A stretch of DNA of 64,000 nucleotides from Dictyostelium discoideum (taxonomy: Eukaryota): assembly GCA_000004695.1 (NCBI GenBank), contig CM000155.2, positions 2,880,001 to 2,944,000 of the forward strand, in the 5' to 3' direction. Shown here piece after piece: positions 14,742-25,540 of the stretch. The notes beneath the pieces were generated by a model, which was not told the DNA's origin, searched no databases, and saw only the letters and a program-made list of their open reading frames with translations. The stretch's first letter is position 1; each line of letters starts with the position of its first letter. A program made the position numbers and the translations under genes.

Positions 14742-15108
14742 CATTTACAAAACCAACAATAAAACCACAAATAAAAGTTGAAGTATGATGTAAGAAATTA
14801 CCAATTTTCTCACCAATTGCTTCTTGGAATAATAAAGTATCACTACTAATTCTAGTTGAAAGTTCACTAGATTTTGTAACATCATACCAACCAATCTCTT
14901 GTTTAAGAATTGCTTTTAAATAAGCTTTTCTACATCTAACTGCTTGACGTTCACCTGCTAACATCCAAAATGCTACTTCAACATATGAACATACAAAAAC
15001 ACCACAACCAATATAAATAAAATACATTGCATTTGATGTAACTGTTTCAACTAAATCAAAATTTGGATCCGCTAAATTTTCTGGTGAAAATGAATTCATT
15101 AAACGACC
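14742..15108 (-). CDS. ABCB transporter, exon 3
   Basis: This exon reads GRLMNSFSPENLADPNFDLVETVTSNAMYFIYIGCGVFVCSYVEVAFWMLAGERQAVRCRKAYLKAILKQEIGWYD...FVNG. The donor is GTAAAAAT on the minus strand at ~14741. The acceptor is ttttttttatag at ~15110-15109. Confidence 0.75.
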
Positions 15109-15138
15109 CTATAAAAAAAAATATATAAAAATGAAAAT

Positions 15139-15173
<35 letters not shown>

Positions 15174-15242
15174 TTAGAAATATATTTTAAAATATATATT
15201 GAAATATTTAATTGTAATTCCTATAGGAATTTGATAACTTAC

Positions 15243-15273
15243 AAATACAATGGAAATGGCTGGCATTGAAACA
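15243..15273 (-). CDS. ABCB transporter, 31-nt micro-exon encoding (G)VSMPAISIVF
   Basis: On the minus strand the acceptor is ttaaacag and the donor is GTAAGT (+ strand acttac, 15237-15242). The micro-exon restores the frame between exon 1 (ending in phase 2) and exon 3 (starting in phase 0). It supplies the conserved P-glycoprotein N-terminal segment; compare human ABCB1 LPLMMLVFGEM. Confidence 0.6.
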
Positions 15274-15398
15274 CTGTTTAATTTTATTTTTTTATTTTTT
15301 TTTTTTTTGGAAAATTTTGGAAAATTTTTGTAAGTAAATTTAGGAGAAAAAAAAAAATGAAAAAAATGAAAAAAATGAAAAAAAATGAAAAAATTTAC

Positions 15399-15850
15399 CC
15401 ATTTGCCAAAGCACCAATAGTACCAATGATCATTAATAATATATCAAAAGGTTTTGCAAATCTAAATAATGAAAAAAATGGAACTTGTGGTCCAACCTCA
15501 CCTTCTTTTTTTTCACCTTCATCTAATTTTTTTGATTGAGTTGTACTAAGAGTTTTAACTGAATCACCACCATCTGATGTAATATCAATTGGTGATAAAA
15601 TACCATTATTAGTTGGTCTATCATCAATTGTATCCATTTTAATATTTCCAAAATCTTCTTTTTTATTTTTATAATCTTTTAAATTTTCTTCATTATCATC
15701 GCTATTTTTATTATTATTATTATTATTATTATTTTCGTTGTCGTCTTGATTATTTATATCATTATTATTTTCATCATCAATTGAATTTATATTAATATTA
15801 TCCATAGGAAGTGAATCGTTTTCACCGCCATCGTTTGATTTATCACTCAT
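15399..15850 (-). CDS. ABCB transporter, exon 1. It encodes an Asn/Asp-rich N-terminus and the start of TM1.
   Basis: ATG at 15850. The exon reads MSDKSNDGG...FFSLFRFAKPFDILLMIIGTIGALANG. The donor is gg|GTAAAT on the minus strand at 15398-15397. Confidence 0.7.
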
Positions 15851-16155
15851 ATTGTTTTTTTTTTTTTTTTTTCAAAAAATTAAAAAAAAAATAAATTAAA
15901 AACAACTATGATATACTGTTATTGTTATTATTATTTTTATATTATTATTTTTATTGGAAATAAAAAAAAAAAAAAAAAAGGTAAAAAAATTTATATTAAT
16001 ATCTATATATTATTGGATTATTATAAACAAAAATAAAAAAAATAAAAAAATAAAAATAAATAAAAAAAAAAAAAAAAAAAGCGGATCGCCTCACCAGTGT
16101 TTTGTTTTTGAAAGTTTCGTTAAAGGCAAGTGAAAAATAAAATTAAAAATAAAAA

Positions 16156-16203
<48 letters not shown>

Positions 16204-16455
16204 AAAATAAACTTTTTTTTGAAACACAAAAAAATAAAAAAAACTAAACAATTAATTAATTACATTTGAATATCTTTGAAACTTTTTTTTTTTTATATAA
16301 TATTTTTTTTTTTTTTTTTTTTTTGAACAACTTTGTTTGTTTAAGCAAAATGAAAAAATAAAAATAAAAAAAAATAAAAAACAACAAAAAAAAAAATAAA
16401 ATTAAAAAAAATAATAAAAAATGGGTTTATTTTTATAGTTAAATTCTGCGAATCT

Positions 16456-16494
<39 letters not shown>

Positions 16495-17243
16495 GGAAAA
16501 GCCCTAAATGAAAAAAATAATGGTGGCAAACTTTATCTATATATACTTTTAATTTTAAAGGAATTTTTGAATAAAAATAGAAATTTTTTTATAAATAACT
16601 TTAAATATGTAAATAAAAAAAAAAATTTTTAAAAAAAAACCAAAAAAAATTTTCAAAAAAAAAAAAAAAACCTAATACTGGGGTCAGCATTAAAAATAAT
16701 TTATGTGGGGGGGATAATATAAAACGTAATATTTAATTAAAATTATAAATAAACTCCGCCCTTGTTTGCGTTATCAAACATATGAGTGTTGACATCAGTT
16801 GTAATCCCCTTTTAAAAAAAAAAAAAAAAAAATCAAAAAAAATCAAAAAAAAAACCAAAAAAAAAAAAAAAAATCAACTTAATTTTATATTTTTTATTTT
16901 TATTTTTATTTTTTTTTAAAAATAGACCAATTTTTTTTTTTTTTTTTTTTTTTTTCAATTAATGAATCCAATAATTGTAATATCACATAACTTATGTCAT
17001 TGTGATGTGTTTAATTTATTAATTTTTTTTTTTTTTTCAAACCACAAATTAGGTGAAACACCTCTTGTGTCATTGTTAGGTGTTAATTTTATATCTTGGT
17101 TCATAGATTTTTTTTTTTCTTTTTTTAATCTTCTTGTAACATGCTAAAAAAAAAAAAAAACAAAACAAAAAAAAAAAAAATTATCAATAACTTTCTATTT
17201 TTAGATTAAAAATTAAACCCTTTTTTTATTGTTTTTTTTTTTT

Positions 17244-18392
17244 TTAATCTTTTTCTAAAATTATTGAATAATAACTAAATAGATTTTCAATATTTTTAAT
17301 TGGTGAAATTTTAATTTGATTAATAAATTTTGAAATAAATAATTGATATAATGAATCTTTAGTAGTTTGATCACCATTTATAAAATTTTTAAGTGATGTT
17401 TCACAAGCGGCATTCATATATGAGAATAAAATTTCGGATTTTTCTTGATCTGATAAAATCATACTATCATGACTATCAGAGAACTTTTGAAGATGTAATT
17501 TTATTGAAATTAACTTTAAACCATAATCATTTTCAACCATTTTAATTGAATCTAAAATCTCATCTTTTCTATAAAAATTAATTGGAATAATCATTTTGTC
17601 AACTTCATTCATTGAAATTAAATTTTCATTTGCCATTTGTTTCCAAACTGTTTTTGAAAGTTTAAATAATTCATAAAGTACATTATTTTCATTGGAGGTG
17701 GTGGTGGTAGTGGTAGTGGTGGTGGATGAGGTGGGTGTCTCATTTTCATTTTCATTTTCATTTTCATTTTCATTTTCATTCATTACAGTTAACATGAAAA
17801 TACCACCTTTTTTTAATTCTTTAGCACGAAGTGAAAAGTTTTTATATAAAATGTCAATGCAATATTGTTTGTATTCTTTTGATCTGTGTTTACAGTAAAC
17901 ACCAATCGAGTCAGGGTCGTAGTGGAATGATACGTGATAGTTACTCCAATGGGATGCGGAGAAGGAGAAGACGTAATCTATGGTGTTTGAGGGCACTAGT
18001 TGATTGTAGAATGAGTTTCCAATACCATAGAAATAGATTTGATTTGATAATTTAATATAACTATTTTTATTATCAGAGATTTCTTTAAAAAGTAATGAGA
18101 AATTATTTTCAGGTAAATCTTCATGGTATACTTCAAAACACTGATTAGGAAATTGTTTTAATACAGTTGAAATTATTAAATTAATTGGTATAATTGAGTT
18201 TCTACCATGACTAGATCCGATATCTAATATTCTAATTATATTTGGATTTAATTGATTTTGATTTTTTTCATCATGATCTCCAATTTTAAATTTAATATTT
18301 TCAATCATTATATCACATGATTTAATTACCATATCCATTGTATTATTAATTGTTTGGCTTTGAACTTTTGAAAAATCATTATAACTTGATTG

Positions 18393-18395
<3 letters not shown>
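17244..18395 (-). CDS. SAM-dependent carboxyl methyltransferase of the SABATH (Methyltransf_7) type
   Basis: A single 383-aa ORF. ILDIGSSHGRNS resembles the SABATH SAM-binding motif I (C/V-x-A-D-L-G-C-S-x-G-x-N). HEDLPENNFSLLF resembles FLNDLPGNDFNTLF. FYGIGNSFYNQLVPSNTIDYVFSFSASHWS resembles GVPGSFYGRLFP..S.HFVHSS.SLHWLS. The ORF carries an internal (NE)n repeat and a poly-Thr tract. Confidence 0.55.
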
Positions 18396-18428
<33 letters not shown>

Positions 18429-18469
18429 CTAAAAGGGAATTTAAAATAAAAAAAATGAAAATAGTAACC

Positions 18470-18500
<31 letters not shown>

Positions 18501-18546
18501 AAAATTTTTTTCCAGGAATTTTAAAATTCCAATTTTAAATTTTCCC

Positions 18547-18577
<31 letters not shown>

Positions 18578-18852
18578 GTTTTTTTTTTTTTATTTTTTAA
18601 ATAAAAAAAAAAAAAAAATTAAAAAAAAAAATTTTAAAAAAAAAAAAAAAAAAATTTTGGGGCGACCAAATTGGGGGGTAAAAGGGGGGGGGAGGTTTTT
18701 TTTTTTAAATTTTTTAAAATCCCTAGGGGAAAAGGGGGTTTTTAATTTTAAAATTTTTTTTAAATTTTTTTTTTTTTTTTAAGGATAAGGGGGGGGAAAA
18801 CTTTGGGAATTGGGTTGGATTTTTTTTTTTTTTTTTTTTAAACCCATTTGGG

Positions 18853-18883
<31 letters not shown>

Positions 18884-19454
18884 CAAATAAAAAAATATTG
18901 TCATATTTAAAAGATTATCAAATTTGACTTGTAATGAAATGGTTTTGGTTAAAAAAAAATGGGTTTTTTTTTTTTTTTTCTTTTTTTTTCACCTGATTTT
19001 TTACTTTTTTTTTTTAGTAATTATTTTATTTGATTTATAAGAAATCAAAATGGATATAGTATAGTAGATTCAAATAGATTAAACAAAATTAATATCCGTT
19101 AACTAGTAATTATATAAACAATAACCTACTTTAAATATAAATAAATTAATTACAAATTATTAAAATTATACAAGCTTTATTAATTTTTTTTTTATTATAA
19201 TAATTAAATTTTTTTTTATATTTTTTTATTTTTTATTTTTAATATTAAAACGAATTATTGATATTAGTTAATAAATTCGTTATAATATAAATTAATGATT
19301 ATTTTTATTTTTTTTAAATATCAATTTTCTTTTGACTATTTTATTGATATTTTTTTTTTTTAATAATAATAAAGATGATAAAAATAAATAAAAAAATTAT
19401 TAAATTAAAAAAATATTAATAAAATTTTATTAAATATTTTTATTAAATAATAAT

Positions 19455-20590
19455 TTATTGATTTCTAATTGTTGTTTGTTCTTGAATAAATTCAACATTA
19501 TCACCAGCCAAGTTTGAATCATTTGTCCAAGATTTACCACCATCAGTTGATTGTTTTGTAATGATTTCTTTACGATATTGTTGTTTTTTACCTTTTTTAC
19601 CTTTTCTACCTGAAGAACCACTATTGTTGCCACCACCACCACCAAATTCACTACTTGTCATTTGAACTGGAACTTGAGTAATTTCAGAATAACTTAATTG
19701 TTGATTACCAGAATCAAAAGTATCCTCTTCAATGTGTGGAACCAAAACAACTTCTTCTCTATAAATTGGAGCTTCATCCTTTTCTAATTGTGGAACAAAA
19801 GTTTCTTGTGGAGGGGCAACATTTGAGCTACCTTCAGATGATGATGATGTTGTAGTAGTGGTGGTTGTTGTAGTTGTTTGTTTCTCTAAAGTTGGTTGTT
19901 CAAATGTTTTATTTTCAGTAATGATTGTTTCTTGTGGAATTAAAATTTGTGAAGTTGAAGTAGTTGGAACTGTTTCGTAAACAATTGTATTTGTAAGCAC
20001 TGGTTCTTCAATAACCATAGTATCATTCTTGAAAATTGGTCTTTCAGGTGCAATTTGAGTTTTATTAAGTTTATCATTTCTTTCAACAGCTCTAATGAGA
20101 CCTTCTTTTTGAAGTACTGCTTTATTGGCAACGTATTCATTCTTCTTTTCAGCTTTAGCCAATTTGAAGGCTTCTTTAGCCATTTTATCTTGATATAATG
20201 GTTCTTGTTGATAATGGTATCTACCATAGTCATCCAATCTTGCGGCAAGGACATGAGAATTGTTTGGATTTCTTCTTGATAAATCTGAACGAGTGATTGT
20301 ATCATTCAATGTACATTGTTCAATGTAATATGGACGTTCAAAGTACATTGGTACAAAATATTCTCTACCTTTTAATAAGAAATGTCTTTCATGATAACCA
20401 TTCTTATGTAAAAGTGGATTAGCATATAATGAATTCTTATAACGTCTTGGATCAGTATTACCAGTATAAGAAACAAGATATCTTTCATGTTTGATTGGTA
20501 CTTTTTAATTTAGTTTTTTACCCATTAAAAAAATTAAAATAAATAATAATAAATAAAAAAATTTATATTAATATTTTACTAATTTATTAT

Positions 20591-20622
<32 letters not shown>

Positions 20623-20754
20623 AATAATAAACTTACATAAACGACCTTTTGAATCATGTTTACAAACAGCACCAGTATGATAACCACCTAAAAATTCTCT
20701 TGGATGTGGATTATGAACTCTATTAACATATTTGAAATCGACAATTTTTTCCAT
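19455..20754 (-). CDS. Hypothetical protein with a Thr-rich central tract, encoded by at least 2 exons
   Basis: The main exon spans 19455-~20500 and extends the 297-aa ORF upstream as VPIKHERYLVSYTGNTDPRRYKNSLYANPLLHKNGYHERHFLLKGREYFVPMYFERPYY. The 5' exon (~20637-20754) reads MEKIVDFKYVNRVHNPHPREFLGGYHTGAVCKHDSKGRL, and a GTAAGT sits at its 3' end. The frame join across the ~130-nt intron could not be resolved by eye. No family was recognised. Confidence 0.45.
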
Positions 20755-21428
20755 TTTTGTTTTGTTTTTAAAAATAATTAAAAATAATAAATAATTAAAT
20801 AAATAATTTGTATAGATAAAATAAAAAGTTTATATTATATTTGTTGAAAAATTAATTTTTTTTTGATTTGAATAGCTTTTTTAATATTTTTTTTTTTTTT
20901 TGTTTTTATCTTTAATTTTTTCTTATTCTTCAAAAAGAAAAAAAAAATAAAAAATAAAAAAAATTAATTAATTTATTAATATTATTATTAAATCTTACAT
21001 ATGGAGTTGTTTTGTATAGATTTTTTTTTTTATTTTTTTTTAATTTTACTAATTTGGTTATTTTTTTAAATTACTCATAGTATTTTTTTTTTTAAAAAAC
21101 TATTATTTTTTTTTTTTTTTTTTTTAGAAAATAGTAAAAAAATAAAAATAAAAAATAAAAATAAAAAAATAAAAATGAAAATAAAACACACCAAAAAAAG
21201 AAAATTTTAAAATATCCAAACCACACTAATTTTTTTTTTTTTTTTTTTATTTTTTTTTTTTTTATTTTTATTATTATTATTTTTATTATTTTTTTTAATT
21301 ATTATTAAATTTAAATTTAAATTTAAATTTCATCATCTTGGTAGCTAAAAAAAAAAAAAAAAAAATCTTAGTAATTTTGGATTTTCTTTTAAAAAAAATA
21401 AAAAATAAAATAAAATAAAATAATAACT

Positions 21429-21559
21429 TACACTAAACTTTGCTCTTCTCCACTTCCCATAACACCTTTATGGAATGGATTTGCGTTTGGCCAATAAGAA
21501 TATGCTACAATAGCTACAAATACATTATTTAAGACATTGAAATACATTACACTTAATGC
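21429..21559 (-). CDS. Multi-pass membrane protein, exon 4 (last)
   Basis: This exon reads (S)LSVMYFNVLNNVFVAIVAYSYWPNANPFHKGVMGSGEEQSLV followed by TAA. The acceptor is aaattttag on the minus strand. Confidence 0.55.
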
Positions 21560-21624
21560 TAAAATTTGAAAAAAAAAATAAAAAAAAATAAAATAAAATG
21601 AAAAATATTAGTGTATGAATGATG

Positions 21625-21660
<36 letters not shown>

Positions 21661-21677
21661 ATAATAATAATACTTAC

Positions 21678-22202
21678 AATTTGGATTAAGTGGACCAAAA
21701 GTACCAGCGATAATACCAATTAAAATTGAAATTACAAAAACAACAATTGGAACAGCGGTGAATAAATATTTAGCGAAAAGATATTGACGAGCATAAGCGA
21801 TAGGGAAAGCTGTAATAACCAATAATAAAATCCATAATAAAATACAAATGAAAACTGTTGCAACCAAATAAAACAAAGCTTGAATACCACTTTCAGAAGT
21901 TGCAGAACCAATGATTGGATCTTTACGATCTCTAACATTGATCCAACTGAATAGAATTAACCCTAAAATCATGAAAATCACAACAACCACTATCTTACTA
22001 ATTGTCGAATAATCCCATTCAACTTTCTTACTCTCCAATCTAATACGATCTAAAACCATTAATGAATATAATGAAAATATTGATAAGAATATCACATCAA
22101 AAAATGCATTTAAAAATGGGAAAAATGCACCTTGTGTCGCATATTGTATACCATAAAATGGATTATTTGCTAATAAAATTCCAAAAAATAATGCAAATAA
22201 GA

Positions 22203-22204
<2 letters not shown>
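21678..22204 (-). CDS. Multi-pass membrane protein, exon 3, encoding five hydrophobic helices
   Basis: This exon reads KFLFALFFGILLANNPFYGIQYATQGAFFPFLNAFFDVIFLSIFSLYSLMVL...IAGTFGPLNPN. The donor is t|GTAAGT on the minus strand (+ strand acttac, 21672-21677). The acceptor is ataataatag at ~22206-22205, after an (ATT)n-rich intron. Confidence 0.6.
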
Positions 22205-22350
<146 letters not shown>

Positions 22351-22351
22351 T

Positions 22352-22404
<53 letters not shown>

Positions 22405-22422
22405 TAATACACATGAACTTAC

Positions 22423-22880
22423 TTTTGTTCAAATGCCCAATTAATTAATGAGAATGATCTCATTGCAATTAAAAAACCAATGATTGCAATGGAAGAGATG
22501 ATTAAGAGTGTTAAATGAGTTACAATTTCAAAACTTGAGAAAGAACTACTATTTCTCCAAACATCGAAATCAATGTCACCAACGATTGTTGTATTTTCAC
22601 TAACGATTGAAATATCGACTGCATATGACATTGATTCTAAATCCTCTTCATCAATTAATGTGAATGTATTACATTGTCCAAATCCTGTATTACATACTAC
22701 GGTTTGTGTTGAATTTTGTGATTTTACAACATTACCTTGACCATCATAGATTATAACTGAAAATGTAACTTGTTCAGTTGTAAATGTTGTTAAATTATTT
22801 GAATATGGTGTTGCTTGTAATGCCCAAAATTTATTTAATGATGTAATTGGGTCAAAATATTGTGACCATGGTCCACTACC
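22423..22880 (-). CDS. Multi-pass membrane protein, exon 2. It encodes an N-glycosylated ectodomain and the first helix of the helix bundle.
   Basis: This exon reads GSGPWSQYFDPITSLNKFWALQATPYSNNLTTFTTEQVTFSVIIYDGQGNVVKSQNSTQTVVCNTGFGQCNTF...IVTHLTLLIISSIAIIGFLIAMRSFSLINWAFEQK. The donor is aa|GTAAGT (+ strand acttac, 22417-22422). The acceptor is ttttttgtag at ~22882-22881. Confidence 0.6.
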
Positions 22881-23008
22881 CTACAAAAAATAAAAAAATA
22901 AAAAAAATTAAAAAAAAAAAAAAATTTTAAAAAATAAAAAAAAAAAAAAAATATTAATATTTATTTTTATAAAAAAAAAATAAATTATTAATATATTAAT
23001 AAACTTAC

Positions 23009-23242
23009 TGGATATAATTGACTACCTGTACAATTTGTTGAATAGATATGAATATTATCAGGACATTGATAAAGATTATATGATACTGATTCATAAACCT
23101 CTGGTCCTGTTGCTCCAACTATAATTGCAACTATTAAAGCAATAAAACATAATACACCTGCAATTATTAACCTACGTACTGATATGGTATCAATATTGGT
23201 TATAATTTTTGGTGATCCAATATCAGCTGAAGTAGATACCAT
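23009..23242 (-). CDS. Multi-pass membrane protein, exon 1. The overall architecture is an N-terminal signal anchor, an ectodomain of about 150 aa and about 7 TM helices. It may be a GPR107/108-like or lung-7TM-receptor-like protein; this is unverified.
   Basis: ATG at 23242. The exon reads MVSTSADIGSPKIITNIDTISVRRLIIAGVLCFIALIVAIIVGATGPEVYESVSYNLYQCPDNIHIYSTNCTGSQLYP. The donor is GTAAGT (+ strand acttac, 23003-23008). Confidence 0.55.
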
Positions 23243-23944
23243 TTTTTTTTTTTTTTTTTTTTTTTTCCTTTCTTTTTTTTTTTTTTTAAATTATTATTAT
23301 TATTACTATTATTACTATTATTATTTTATTTAAATCAAAAAAAAAAAAAATAAAACAGAAATTTTTATTTGGTGATAAAAAAAAAAAAAAAAAAAAGGGG
23401 GCCCCGCTGGGGTGATTTCTTTTATAAAAAAAAAATAAAAAAAAAAATTAAAAATAAAATTCAAAAGAAAAAAAAAAAAAAATTTAAAAATAAAAAAAAA
23501 AAAAAAAATTAAAAATATCTTCTTTGACATATTATTATAAAAAACTTGACAACAGAGCCTATTTTTAAAAAAAAAAAAAAAAAGTAAAAAAAAAATAAAA
23601 ATAGAAATTTTTTATTATCTCATTGCTTTTAAGAATAATAAAATCTAAAAAAAAAATATAAAAATATAATTATAGAAGAAAAAAAAAAAAAAATAAAAAA
23701 ATAAAAAATAAAAGACAGAATAAAAATTTAAGATGTAAAATTTAAAAAATAAAAATATTGAAAAAAGTTTTGATTTTAATTTATTCACTATTATTTTATA
23801 CAAAAAATAAATACAAAGAAAAAGAAAATAAAAATTAATAATAAAAATAATAAAAAAAAACAAAAAAAAAAAATAAAAAATAAAAAAAAAAAAAAGATTT
23901 TTTTTTTATTTTTTTTTTTAAAATTTTAGCGAGTGGGTTGTTTG

Positions 23945-23985
<41 letters not shown>

Positions 23986-24027
23986 ATTTAATATTAATTT
24001 ATATACACTTTATAAAGAAAATAAAAA

Positions 24028-24129
24028 ATGTTAATCCCAAAAGATGATAAACTCGTTGCCGAGAAAATGATAAATATAGCAAAAAAACTATGGTTTATTG
24101 GTTTCTTTTTCTTACCATGGGTTTGGTTA
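24028..24129 (+). CDS. N-terminal fragment of a PEN-2 (presenilin enhancer 2, gamma-secretase subunit) homologue, truncated by an assembly gap
   Basis: The fragment reads MLIPKDDKLVAEKMINIAKKLWFIGFFFLPWVWL. It matches the first TM hairpin of metazoan PEN-2; compare [28 protein letters not shown]. The ORF runs straight into the 100-N gap. Confidence 0.4.
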
Positions 24130-24229
24130 NNNNNNNNNNNNNNNNNNNNNNNNNNNNNNNNNNNNNNNNNNNNNNNNNNNNNNNNNNNNNNNNNNNNNNN
24201 NNNNNNNNNNNNNNNNNNNNNNNNNNNNN
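24130..24229. other. Assembly gap of 100 N. An isolated n also sits at ~24317.
   Basis: A run of exactly 100 n characters. Confidence 0.99.
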
Positions 24230-25145
24230 TTTGTTTTTATATATTATGTATTCTAATTACGGACTCATCAACATACTCTTTTGTCACTAACAGATAAAGT
24301 TTCGTTTGATTATCTTNTGGTGAAAACATCAGCATCAGATTGTAATTGATCAGCTCTTTTATAACCCGTTTTGTTTTTGAGTGATTGAGATGTGATTCCA
24401 CCATTATTGGAAGTTGTGACAGCTTCATGTGTTGATCAAGCATGGGTGGTAGAGAGCTCGATAGCTTTTTCAACTAGGTCATCTGATGATTTTCATTTGG
24501 TTATTTCAATATCCCTGTGCAATTAATTTTTACTTGTCTCCGCCTCTCTAAATTCAACATTTACTTTGTACTTCAAATCATTTTTATCAATAGTAACTTC
24601 GTTAAATAATACACCAAATTCATCACTTTGATTGAATTCAACATCTTTAAATTCCAAAAAAGCGATATCTTCGGGTGGATACTTTTTATTAGATTTATTG
24701 TTTTTACTGTAGATCATTTTTTGGAACGAAAACTTTAAAAAAATAAAAAAATAAAAAAAAAATACTTTTTAATTTTTTTAATTTTTTTTTTTATATTTTT
24801 TTTTTTTATATTTTTTTTTTTTAAATTTTTTTTTTTAATTTTTTTTTATTTTATTTTTTAAAGTTTCGAACAATTATATATAAAAAAAAAAAAAGATATC
24901 CCTTCGGTTAATTATAGTAACAATACAGACAACAAGAATAATTATAAAATAAAAAAAAAAAAAAAAAAATCTTTTTTTATCTTTTTATTTTTATTTCTTA
25001 TTTATTTTTATTTTTTTATTTTTTATTTTTTTTTTAATTATTTTAATCCCGTGAGTTTTTTTTTATTATTATTTTTAATTCTTTTATATTTGAGATGATT
25101 ATTATTAATTAAATGACTTTGAGTTTTTTTTTTTATTTTTCTATG

Positions 25146-25320
25146 CCCAAAATTACCATATTAATTTCGGCAGCCATATTAATTTCAGCCTAAAATAGTT
25201 GGTCTGTGCATGCCAAAATTAATATGGCTGCTGAAATTAATATGGTAATTCTAGCAGACATAAGTCCCATGCCAAAATTATCATATTAATTTCAGCAGCC
25301 ATATTAATTTTGGCATGGGA
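25146..25320. repeat. Foldback repeat cluster: three copies (direct, inverted, direct) of a unit of about 45 bp
   Basis: Copy A (25146-25190) and copy C (25269-25320) are direct copies. Copy B (25211-25255) is their reverse complement. A and B form a hairpin with a loop of about 20 nt (taaaatagttggtctgtgca). The unit itself contains an internal duplication, CCATATTAATTTC x2. Confidence 0.8.
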
Positions 25321-25540
25321 CAAATATGAATTAAAAAGAAAACAAACTTTAGAACTAAAAGAATTAAAAAGTGAATGTGGGGAAGGCCCGGTATTATCTA
25401 AAGAAGAATCAAAAGAATTGGATGATTTAGAAAGAAAATATAAACGTGTTGGAAATTAAAAAATAAAAAAAGGTAAAAAAAAAGTAGATAAAAATAAAGA
25501 TATTAAATTATAATGTGTTTATCCACGCTCGAGGAAGGAT

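Noticed and set aside
16962-17147. 61-aa ORF in the ABCB upstream region
   Set aside because: It is a low-complexity, poly-Phe translation of A/T-rich promoter DNA.
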